A stretch of 25,553 nt of DNA from Cyanobacteria bacterium J06626_4 (GTDB taxonomy: Bacteria > Cyanobacteriota > Cyanobacteriia > Phormidesmidales > Phormidesmidaceae): assembly GCA_038523235.1 (NCBI GenBank), contig JBCBJQ010000087.1, positions 1 to 25,553 of the forward strand, given 5' to 3'. Position numbers and translations under genes: made by a program. The notes under the pieces were generated by a model. The model made no database searches and was not told the DNA's origin. It saw only the letters and a program-made list of their open reading frames with translations. Positions 9,949-17,855 of this stretch are shown here, in pieces; positions within the stretch are counted from its first letter, which is position 1, and every line of letters begins with the position of its first letter.

Positions 9949-11730
9949 ATGCTCCTAAAGTTTTGGCTGAATAAGCCCAAAGCATTCGCCAAGGTATGGC
10001 AAGAGCGCGGCTTAATAAGTGCAATCAGGGATTCTGTTAGTTACCTCAAATGGTTGCAAAAAGACCGTAGTCAATATCTCAATTGGATCAAAGCCCAACA
10101 ATTAACCGAATCAGAGATCGTTCGGGTTCGCAGCGAAATCGAGCAGTGGGACAACGCACCGACCTTTTCAGTCTTGGTGCCGGTTTATAACACCCGGCCT
10201 AAATTGCTGAAAAAAGCGATTGAATCGGTGCGATCGCAGCTCTATCCTCACTGGCAGCTGTATCTGGCCGATGACTGTTCTCCCTCCCAGGCAACTCAGC
10301 GAGTCCTCAAGCAATATGCTGAAGCAGATAGCCGCATCCACGTGATCTTTCTCGAAAAAAATGGCGGCATCTCCAAGGCGACTAATGCGGCCTTAGCAGC
10401 GGCGACCGGCGACTATATTGCCCTACTCGATCACGATGACGAATTGGCGATCAATGCCCTTTACGAAAATGCCCTGGTCATTCGTCAGCATCCTGAAACT
10501 GACATTCTCTACAGCGACGAAGACAAAATTACCGAGTCCGGTCGTCGCCGCGATCCGTTCTTTAAACCTGATTGGTCGCCAGAATATTTTCAGGGCTGTA
10601 TGTACACCTGCCACTTGGGTGTCTACCGCACATCTTTAGTGCGACAGATTGGTGGCTTTCGTTCTGAGTTTGATGGCGCGCAAGACTGGGATCTCATGCT
10701 ACGGCTGACTGAACAGTCGCAGCAGATTTATCACATTCCAAAGGTGCTTTACCATTGGCGGCTCACGGCAACCTCCGTCACCGCTGGCGCGGAGGTGAAG
10801 GAATGGGCCTATGATGCGGCGCAGCGCGCCCTCACCGATATGACCCAGCGCAGTGCTTACCCCGGCCATGTCGAAGAACTGCAGGATGCCGGTTTCTATC
10901 GAGTGCGCCGCCACTTAGTTGATCAGCCCTTGGTGAGCATCATCATCCCCAGTGCGGGCACGCCCATGCCTGAGAGCGATCGCGCCCATTTAGACAACTG
11001 TCTTGAGAGCCTGGTGACTCGCAGCACCTATCCCAATATTGAATTGGTTGTGGTGGATGGCTATGACCTGCCGCCTCAGGTGCTCGACAAGGTCAAAGAG
11101 GTGGGCGTCAATTTAGTGCGGTGCGATGAACCGTTTAACTTCTCGATGCGGGTCAATCTGGGCGTCAGCCAGAGTCACGGGGATATCGTCGTGCTGCTCA
11201 ACGATGATGTCGAGATTCTCACCCCCGATTGGATCGAGGCCATGCTAGAGCTCGCGCAGCAGTCAGAAATCGGGGCTGTGGGCTCAAAGCTATACTTTCC
11301 CACTGGCAACATTCAACATGCTGGTGTCGTTTTGCTGCACGGCAATCCCGGCCATGTTTTTTATGATGGAGAGGGAGATGAACCTGGCTATTTCTTCTCA
11401 AATCTGGTCACCCGCAATTATTTGTGCGTGACCGGAGCCTGCCTCATGCTCAGACGTTCAGTCTTTGACGAAGTCGGTGGCATGGATGAGCTTTTCCCCC
11501 TCAACTTCAATGACGTTGATTTTTGCCTGAAGCTGCATAAGTTTGGCTATCGCAATGTCTTTACCCCGTTTGCTGAGCTGATTCACCACGAATCAGCCTC
11601 GCGCCCGCGCGTGGTCACAACTGAAGAACTCACTAACCTGAAAGACCGCTGGATGCCCTATCTGGAAAGCGTTGGTGGCGATCCCTATTACAATCCCAAC
11701 CTGCGCCTAGACGGTTCTTTTCTGCTGTAG
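9949..11730 (+). CDS. Glycosyltransferase family 2 with two GT-A domains
   Basis: Domain 1: FSVLVPVYNT, ADDCS, GISKATNAAL, LLDHDD, YSDEDK, DGAQDWDL, LYHWR. Domain 2: VSIIIPS, FNFS, LLNDDVE, VTGACLM, NDVDFCL, HHESASR. C-terminal DPYYNPNL. Confidence 0.92.
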   Translation: MLLKFWLNKPKAFAKVWQERGLISAIRDSVSYLKWLQKDRSQYLNWIKAQQLTESEIVRVRSEIEQWDNAPTFSVLVPVYNTRPKLLKKAIESVRSQLYPHWQLYLADDCSPSQATQRVLKQYAEADSRIHVIFLEKNGGISKATNAALAAATGDYIALLDHDDELAINALYENALVIRQHPETDILYSDEDKITESGRRRDPFFKPDWSPEYFQGCMYTCHLGVYRTSLVRQIGGFRSEFDGAQDWDLMLRLTEQSQQIYHIPKVLYHWRLTATSVTAGAEVKEWAYDAAQRALTDMTQRSAYPGHVEELQDAGFYRVRRHLVDQPLVSIIIPSAGTPMPESDRAHLDNCLESLVTRSTYPNIELVVVDGYDLPPQVLDKVKEVGVNLVRCDEPFNFSMRVNLGVSQSHGDIVVLLNDDVEILTPDWIEAMLELAQQSEIGAVGSKLYFPTGNIQHAGVVLLHGNPGHVFYDGEGDEPGYFFSNLVTRNYLCVTGACLMLRRSVFDEVGGMDELFPLNFNDVDFCLKLHKFGYRNVFTPFAELIHHESASRPRVVTTEELTNLKDRWMPYLESVGGDPYYNPNLRLDGSFLL

Positions 11731-11819
11731 CCATTGCTCTGAAGTACGGCAGGCGCGTCGTCGGAGCCCACATCACACGAACCGTCAGCACTCGCCACCA
11801 TGGCCTACAGCGTCAGCCC

Positions 11820-12251
11820 TTGATTGAGCTGCTGTCCGATCTCGGTACTTTGGTTGACTTTGACAAACCGGCTGACGAAATTGGTTTCTTTCAAGACATC
11901 ATCATAGAGATTGGCAAGCAATACACGCTTTCTTTGGCCTATGGGCCGCGTGAACAAAGCAGCGTTAATGGTGACAATTTGCTCTCGGTTTCCTTCGAAA
12001 ATCTCTATGAAGAATTTGATGCGGGCAACAGCGTTGATGGCTGGCAACGCTTTACCCAAACTATTACGGCCACCGACACCACAACTCGTCTGAAGTTCTT
12101 GTTCTTGGGCCAGCGCGATACGTTGGGCGCTAACGTTGATGACGTTTCTGTCGAGACAGCGGTAGTACCCGAGCTAGCTTCCATGCTGGGCCTGCTCGCT
12201 GTGGGTGCCGTTGCTGCCGGTGGTGTCCTGAAGAAGACGCAAGCCGCTTAG
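11820..12251 (+). pseudogene. 5'-truncated PEP-CTERM surface protein with a DUF642/galactose-binding-like beta domain
   Basis: FQDI..IGKQYTLSLAYGPR...GWQRFTQTITATDTTTRLKF...GANVDDVSV, then the sorting signal VPELASMLGLLAVGAVAAGGVLKKTQAA. No signal peptide, no ATG/RBS start, and it begins only 90 bp after the GT2 stop. Confidence 0.7.
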
Positions 12252-12285
12252 GTTTTCTGAGGCTAACTCGTCACTAATCTATGCC

Positions 12286-12311
12286 CCTTACCTGGATGAT
12301 GAGGTTTTTTT
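12286..12311 (+). terminator. Probable (degenerate) intrinsic terminator after the PEP-CTERM remnant
   Basis: Short stem CCTTA...TGAGG followed by T7. Confidence 0.4.
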
Positions 12312-12721
12312 GTGCGCATGCACCACCAATAACCTGCACGGAGAAACTCGACACAGCCAACTGATGATTATTGACAGCGCTTGAACAGACCCCACATTGC
12401 CCCTACTGACGCCACCAAGATCTCTACCAAGTCACCTGTTCAGTCGGATTGGCAGAGATATAAATGTAAAGAGATTTCGCAATTTTGGCTCCCTCATCAG
12501 ATCGCGCCGCAACAAATACTGCTCTCATAAAGAATATTCTGTGCAGGCCAAATCACTTACCCTACAGTGGTTTCAAGCTTCAGAAAAAAATAATTCGTTC
12601 ATGACGATAAAATCGAGTTCACTTCGACTTGAAATCACTCTAAGTCAGACCCAATAGTGATTTAGCCGATCCACTACCCATTTGATCTACGGCAGTAGCT
12701 GTGAATGATTTTCCCTGAACC

Positions 12722-12745
12722 AACATGCCCCCTGGGGGTATTGTT
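12722..12745. promoter_or_regulatory. CsoR/RcnR-family (InrS-type) operator upstream of the Ni/Co uptake operon
   Basis: AACATGCCCCCTGGGGGTATTGTT: a C5-T-G5 tract flanked by ATG/TAT. This matches the ATAC-C-tract/G-tract-GTAT architecture of CsoR/RcnR operators with one mismatch. Confidence 0.75.
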
Positions 12746-12780
12746 TTTCCCTGTTCTTATGGCTTAACTAAGGGGAGAGT

Positions 12781-12849
12781 TTGACAACGGAACATAGGGT
12801 TCAGTAACGAAACATAGGGCTTGACAACTTAATGTTTCGTTCGATAACT
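12781..12849 (+). promoter_or_regulatory. Promoter region with tandem TTGACA boxes and direct/inverted repeats
   Basis: TTGACAAC at 12781 and 12821; AACG(G/A)AACATAGGG at 12786 and 12806; perfect inverted repeat AACGAAACAT-N16-ATGTTTCGTT (12806-12841) enclosing the second TTGACA. Only a weak -10 (GATAAC) near 12843. Confidence 0.6.
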
Positions 12850-12882
12850 CGATCACTTCATGGATTATTGTTCAGACTTATC

Positions 12883-13749
12883 ATGTCTAAGCTTTCTCTG
12901 GTTTTTCGCACTGCTGGCGTTATGCCGCTGCTCGCTCTGCTTGCCTGTAGCCCCGCATCTACCCCGCCGGTAGAGCCTGCCGAACCGACCGCCGAAACAG
13001 CTCCGTCTGAGGATCAGGCCGCTGGCCAGTTAACCATTCGAGCTAATGGCGAAGACTTTGTGCGTCAGGGCTTTGTCACCAAAGATGACTGGCAGGTCAC
13101 CTTTGATCATGTCTACGTCACGCTAGCTGAAGTGACCGCTTACCAGAGCGATCCGCCCTTTGATGCTGAAGCGGGGGGGGAGCCTCAGGCCACTGAAACC
13201 ATCAGCATCGACGAGCCCACGACGATTGATCTAGCGGAGGGCGGTGACGATGCCGAGCCGATTTTGGTCGCCACAGTGGATGCGCCTGCGGGTCGCTACA
13301 ACGCGCTTTCGTGGCAAATGCAGCCAGCGGCGGCTGGGCCAGCAGCGGGCCAAACCATCTGGCTAGAAGGGACGGCGGCTAAGGCAGATGAAACGATCGC
13401 CTTCGTCGTCACATTAGATCCCACTTTACAGTTTGTCTGCGGCGACTTTGTCGGCGACAACCGCAAAGGCATTCTGGAGGCTGCCGATCAGGCTGACCTG
13501 GAAGCCACCTTCCATTTTGATCATTTATTTGGTGACGGCGAAGCCGCTCCTGACGATGACATTAACACCGGTGCTTTAGGCTTTGAGCCGCTGGCGGCGA
13601 TCGCTACCGATGGCAGTCTTGAGATCGATATGGCTGGGCTGGAGGCGCAGCTGGCCCCTGAAGATTACACGACACTGATCAACATTTTGCCGAGCTTAGG
13701 CCACGTCGGCGAAGGCCATTGTGAAGAGACGACCTTAGCCAATAACTAA
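12883..13749 (+). CDS. Acidic lipoprotein, DUF4382-like, putative metal-binding component of the Ni/Co ECF system
   Basis: Lipobox LLAC (Cys22 from ATG 12883), ANGEDFVRQGFVTKDDWQVTFDHVYV, CGDFVGDNRKG, TFHFDHLFGDG and GHVGEGHC. First gene of a tightly coupled operon (TAA directly followed by ATG). Confidence 0.75.
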   Translation: MSKLSLVFRTAGVMPLLALLACSPASTPPVEPAEPTAETAPSEDQAAGQLTIRANGEDFVRQGFVTKDDWQVTFDHVYVTLAEVTAYQSDPPFDAEAGGEPQATETISIDEPTTIDLAEGGDDAEPILVATVDAPAGRYNALSWQMQPAAAGPAAGQTIWLEGTAAKADETIAFVVTLDPTLQFVCGDFVGDNRKGILEAADQADLEATFHFDHLFGDGEAAPDDDINTGALGFEPLAAIATDGSLEIDMAGLEAQLAPEDYTTLINILPSLGHVGEGHCEETTLANN

Positions 13750-14223
13750 ATGAAGCCATTTAAATTGCGGCGAACGGTAATTTGGGCGTTACAAAGGTTA
13801 GGGCTAGTGGTTGCGGCAGGAGCCTGCACTCCCTTCGCAGCACTAGCCCATGGCGCTCACGTGCAGTCTCGCACCACCGCTGCCGTGGAGATTCAAGCAG
13901 CCTATGATTCTGGCGAACCGATGGCTGCCGCTACCGTGCAGGTCTTTGCCCCTGATGATCCCGAGACGCCGAGGTTTACGGGGGTGACTGACGCTACCGG
14001 TCGGTTTGTGTTTATCCCGCCGCAACCCGGCGATTGGGAAGTGTCGGTGCGGCAGGCGGGCCATGGCGATATTGCCGTCATTCCCGTTGAGGCTGATGGG
14101 GTGATCGCCGCTGGGTTTACGCAGTCGGCGGGGCTCACGCCCCTGCAGCGAGGGGTGGTGCTGGGCGCGGTGGCCTGGGGCTGTGTGGGCACGGCGCTCT
14201 TTTGTTTGCGAGGTAAGCGGTAG
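13750..14223 (+). CDS. NikL/CbiL-like accessory protein (signal peptide, carboxypeptidase-regulatory-like beta domain, C-terminal TM helix)
   Basis: Signal peptide ending ALA followed by HGAH, AAYDSGEPMAAATVQVFAP, GVTDATGRFVF, PGDWEVSVRQAGHG, and a C-terminal hydrophobic helix followed by RGKR. Its TAG stop overlaps the GTG start of cbiM. Confidence 0.7.
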   Translation: MKPFKLRRTVIWALQRLGLVVAAGACTPFAALAHGAHVQSRTTAAVEIQAAYDSGEPMAAATVQVFAPDDPETPRFTGVTDATGRFVFIPPQPGDWEVSVRQAGHGDIAVIPVEADGVIAAGFTQSAGLTPLQRGVVLGAVAWGCVGTALFCLRGKR

Positions 14224-14867
14224 TGCATATTCCCGACGGTATTTTGCCAGCGCCGGTATGTGTGGCTGGGTATGCGATCGCCGGTGGGGTTACCTGGCTG
14301 GCCCTCAAGCGCATCAATCAAACCGTCGATCCCCAAGCGGAGGTGCCCAAGGCGGCGTTGCTGGCAGCCGCCTTTTTTGTCGGCTCTTCCATTAGTTTGC
14401 CGGTGCCCCCAGCCAGCGTGCATCTGGTGCTCAGTGGTCTGCTGGGAGCGCTGCTGGGCTGGTATGCCTGGCTGGCCATTTTGATTGGCCTGCTGCTGCA
14501 GGCGATGTTGCTGGGGCATGGGGGGCTGACCACGCTGGGGGTGAATGCCGTGATGGTGGGCGTACCGGCTCTGATCGCCGCGCGGGTTTTTCAGCTGCGA
14601 CACCGGCTGGGTAAGGCTCTGTCGGCCAAGCGATCGCTAGCGGTTTTCAGCTTTTTGGCCGGGGCGATTGGGGTCGGGCTAACGGCTTTAATTTTCTTTG
14701 CGCTGATTATCTTTACGCTGCCATCCACCTTAGACCGCAGCGCCGAGCAAGGGTTTCTTACCACCCTCATGGTGGCGCATATCCCGCTGATCTTTTTAGA
14801 GGGAATTTTTACGACACTGCTCTGCTTTTTTTTGCTGCGCATCAAACCCGAACTTTTGGAAAGCTAA
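14223..14867 (+). CDS. cbiM: ECF S component CbiM/NikM
   Basis: N-terminal MHIPDG metal-binding motif, SVHLVLSGLLG, LLLQAMLLGHGGLTTLGVN and HIPLIFLEG. GTG start. Confidence 0.92.
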   Translation: MHIPDGILPAPVCVAGYAIAGGVTWLALKRINQTVDPQAEVPKAALLAAAFFVGSSISLPVPPASVHLVLSGLLGALLGWYAWLAILIGLLLQAMLLGHGGLTTLGVNAVMVGVPALIAARVFQLRHRLGKALSAKRSLAVFSFLAGAIGVGLTALIFFALIIFTLPSTLDRSAEQGFLTTLMVAHIPLIFLEGIFTTLLCFFLLRIKPELLES

Positions 14868-14873
14868 CTTTTT

Positions 14874-15665
14874 ATGGCGATCGCGCTTCATGCTGATGTG
14901 TTTATCCCCGGCGATTCTCCCCTGCATCGCTGGGCCGTGCGTCCCAAGCTGCTGAGCTTGCTGACGCTGATGTTTGCGATCGCCCTAGTGCGACATTTGC
15001 TGCTGCTGCCCTGGGTTTTTGTCGTTGTCGGCGGTTTATATCTAACCGCACGATTACCGCTGCAATATCTGTTGCGGCGTTTGCCCTATCCCGGTGTCTT
15101 CATCGTGGCGATGGTGGGTTTGCTGCCGTGGGTTTCGGGCGAAACGGTCATTTGGCAGTGGTCATTTTTGGCCCTGCATTTAGAGGGGTTGCAAACGGCG
15201 ACCTTGATTGCGGGCCGGTTTTTAGCCATTTTGATCACTGGCTTTGTGCTGCTGGGTACGACCCCCTTTCTCGATCTTTTGGCAGCGCTGCGGTCTTTCG
15301 GGCTATCGCCGCTGCTCACCGACATGACCCTGCTCACTTACCGCTATTTGTTTAACATTGCGGCGCAACTGGCGACGATGCGTCAGGCCATGCGCCTGCG
15401 AGGACACGGCTTGCTGCGCCAAACGTTACAGCGCCAGTGGGGCTGGTTGGTCGCTTTGTTTGGCAGTCTGTTATTAAGAAGCTACGAGCGATCGCAGCGG
15501 GTTTATCAGGCGATGCGCCTGCGGGGCTATGGCCAACAAGGCCAAGGGCTCTCCCAAGCACCTGCAGGTGGTCCGGCGCGATCGGCCCCCGCGCCCATGA
15601 CGGTTTTAACCTTGCTGTCTGCCTTTAGTTTTGTCATTGCCGAGTGGATTTTCCTAGCGTCATGA
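14874..15665 (+). CDS. cbiQ: ECF T component CbiQ/NikQ
   Basis: SPLHRW...KL, GTTPF..LLAALR, LLTYRYL, AMRLRG twice, and GSLLLRSYERSQRVYQAMRLRGY. Confidence 0.92.
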   Translation: MAIALHADVFIPGDSPLHRWAVRPKLLSLLTLMFAIALVRHLLLLPWVFVVVGGLYLTARLPLQYLLRRLPYPGVFIVAMVGLLPWVSGETVIWQWSFLALHLEGLQTATLIAGRFLAILITGFVLLGTTPFLDLLAALRSFGLSPLLTDMTLLTYRYLFNIAAQLATMRQAMRLRGHGLLRQTLQRQWGWLVALFGSLLLRSYERSQRVYQAMRLRGYGQQGQGLSQAPAGGPARSAPAPMTVLTLLSAFSFVIAEWIFLAS

Positions 15666-16504
15666 ATCAATTTTCATCCAGTACACCGCCGTCCGTTTCG
15701 ATTCCCACCGCTAAGGACTTTTTGACCCCGGCGACGGCGATCGCGCTACAAAACCTGTCTTTTTCCTATCCTGACAATCCTGACATTTTGGCAGACATCA
15801 GTCTGAGTATTCGTGAGGGCGACCGGGTCGGGCTGATCGGCCACAACGGTTGTGGCAAAACGACGTTGTTTAGATTGGTCTGCGGCCTGCTGCCACCTCA
15901 GACTGGGACGATTCAGCTGTTTGATCAGCCGGTGCAGCCCCATCAATTTCGCTCCGAGATTGGCTTTTTGTTTCAAGACCCCGAAGATCAGCTCTTTTCG
16001 CCCTCGGTACGTGATGACATCGCCTTTGGCCCCCAAAACCTTGGGCTATCGGAAGCGGAGGTCACCGAGCGAGTCGAAGCGGCCATAGAACTCACGGGCA
16101 TCAAAGCCCTAGAAGAGCGACCGCCTCACCATCTGTCAGGTGGGGAAAAGCAGATGGTCGCGATCGCGGGTCTGATTGCTATGTGTCCGCGCGTGTTGCT
16201 CTATGACGAACCGACTGCCAGCCTCGATCTGCGCACTCGGCGGCGCTTAATTCGCTTCCTGCAGCGCTCTGACGAAACGCTGCTGCTGGCCTCCCACGAT
16301 CTGGAATTTTTGCTGGAGGTGTGCGATCGCGTGGTGCTGATCGATGAAGGTCGCATCATTGCCGATGGTGATCCGGTTGAAGTGATGGGTGATCAAACGC
16401 TGATGGAAGCTCACGGCCTCGAAAAGCCCCACTCTCTGATTCCCCATGTGGAGCCCCACCATGCCCAGCGCGATCGCTTGGCTCAACTGCCGCTTGAGGG
16501 CTAA
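15662..16504 (+). CDS. cbiO: ECF ATPase CbiO/NikO
   Basis: Walker A GHNGCGKTT, FQDPEDQLF, signature LSGGEKQ, Walker B LLYDEPT and H-loop ASHD. The ATG overlaps the cbiQ stop (ATGA at 15662-15665). Confidence 0.92.
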   Translation: MNQFSSSTPPSVSIPTAKDFLTPATAIALQNLSFSYPDNPDILADISLSIREGDRVGLIGHNGCGKTTLFRLVCGLLPPQTGTIQLFDQPVQPHQFRSEIGFLFQDPEDQLFSPSVRDDIAFGPQNLGLSEAEVTERVEAAIELTGIKALEERPPHHLSGGEKQMVAIAGLIAMCPRVLLYDEPTASLDLRTRRRLIRFLQRSDETLLLASHDLEFLLEVCDRVVLIDEGRIIADGDPVEVMGDQTLMEAHGLEKPHSLIPHVEPHHAQRDRLAQLPLEG

Positions 16505-16671
16505 GCTGAGTCACAGTGTTCGACGGGTTTGATGGGCAGGCTGTTGCGAAGGTACAGCCTCAATACGGCTGCTGGGGAGTTGCGCCCAAAATAGCGCCCT
16601 TGAGCACCAGGGTTTAGCACTGCCAAACCCTTACAGAACCGTTTCTGCTCTGTGGATTCGCAATCAGGCCC

Positions 16672-16971
16672 ATGTTTGACAAACAGAATTTGTTCGCCGT
16701 GTCTCTGTTTCCCTATCTCGGGTTCCTCTATTTTCTGACGCGATCGGGGCAAACGCCTCGGCTAGCGCTCGTTGGTTTTTATGTGCTGCTGATTTTCGTC
16801 GCGGTTACGATTCCGGCGGGGCTCTATGCTCGTCAAGCCTTCGGCGCTGAACTTGCTGATGTTGATTGGCTGCACGGCTCGGCTGAACTGTTTTTAAGCA
16901 TTTCCAACATTCTGGTGGTTTTGGGCTTTCGGCAGGCGGTGCTAAAGCGACAACAGACCGAAGAGTCTTAG
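16672..16971 (+). CDS. DUF3593-family small membrane protein
   Basis: LFAVSLFPYLGFLYFL...GFYVLLIFVAVTIPAG...LADVDWLHGSAELFLSISNILVVLGFRQA is characteristic of this cyanobacterial/plastid family. Confidence 0.8.
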   Translation: MFDKQNLFAVSLFPYLGFLYFLTRSGQTPRLALVGFYVLLIFVAVTIPAGLYARQAFGAELADVDWLHGSAELFLSISNILVVLGFRQAVLKRQQTEES

Positions 16972-17101
16972 CCGATTGCGGCAGGAAAATGACAACCGCC
17001 ACCTCGTCTACGAAACTGATCGTGGCGGTTAGTGCTCTGTTAATTCTAGAAATTGGGGTTCGCTAGCGCTTACCCAACCGACACATCAAGCCTGACAGAC
17101 A

Positions 17102-17476
17102 CTAGCCCTGATGCAAGATCAGTCGGTTGCCGTCGGGATCATAGGCATAGATTTCGCGCCCGTGGGAGGCCGTCTGGATGGCACCGGGTGGCGGATAGCC
17201 GAGTTGGGTGAGGTGGGCGATCGCCCCTTCCAAATCAGTGACTTCTAAACACAGGCTCATGGCCGCGCCTGCCGAATGGGCAAACTCTTCCGCATGCTGC
17301 TTTTGCGGCTGAAACAGAGCTAGCTTGAGCCCTGGCAGCACAAATTCAGCATAGCGATCGGCGACAAACGTTTGTGGTGGCTGGTCGAAGAGCGCTTCAT
17401 AAAATTGGGCGGCGTCGTTCACCTGACGGGTCGCCAGCGCCACAAAGGCTTCTGCACAGAACGTTTGATTGACCAA
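17102..17476 (-). CDS. VOC (glyoxalase/bleomycin-resistance) family protein
   Basis: AAQFYEALF, SLCLEVTDLEGAIAHL, and HGREIYAYDPDGNRLILH. Confidence 0.85.
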   Translation of the reverse strand: MVNQTFCAEAFVALATRQVNDAAQFYEALFDQPPQTFVADRYAEFVLPGLKLALFQPQKQHAEEFAHSAGAAMSLCLEVTDLEGAIAHLTQLGYPPPGAIQTASHGREIYAYDPDGNRLILHQG

Positions 17477-17855
17477 ACTAGATTCCTCAAACAGAGCCGT
17501 AATTAAACAATGTAGGGGATATGGCGACGTTAATCCAACGCATCATCACGGTGTCTGCGGTTGGTATCGGCTGGCGTGACGCACTTACGATAATCATGGT
17601 CGCCTAATTAAGCGCCAAAGGGATGAAGACTGGAATGATCAGTTGGATTTTGCCCAGCTGTAATCGGCTCCATCGGTAGTTTTAACTAATATTTGTTAGC
17701 CTCAGTCTGGAAAGTCGATGCGTTAACCGGCTTTGCCAGACCTGAACGATGGGCTGGGCTGTGTACGTTGTCGGCAGAGGAAGAAACAACGCTCTTTTTA
17801 GAATTCGTCAATATCCGCCGTCAGGCGAAGTTACCAGCTTTCATAGGAGACTCCC

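Noticed and set aside
12362..12376. Zur/Fur-like box TGATGATTATTGACA
   Set aside because: Three mismatches to TGATAATnATTATCA and about 500 bp from the operon start.
12781..12841. Mini CRISPR array
   Set aside because: The repeats are only 8-14 bp with 6-bp gaps, there are no spacer-sized unique segments, and there are no cas genes.
12312..12882. Cobalamin riboswitch upstream of cbiMQO
   Set aside because: I could not find the conserved core (GGGAA..GGTG.AA.TCC...GCCCCCGC.ACTGT) or a B12 box. A covariance-model search would be needed to exclude a divergent copy.
12832..12882. Longer N-termini predicted by the ORF track (also at 3791, 3772, 15644, 20321, 21762)
   Set aside because: Downstream starts have better RBS, signal-peptide or translational-coupling support. 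The 12832 ATG lies inside the operator repeat.
13902..14603. 233-aa antisense ORF and the other overlapping short ORFs in the track
   Set aside because: These are shadow frames of well-supported GC-rich genes with no recognisable motifs.
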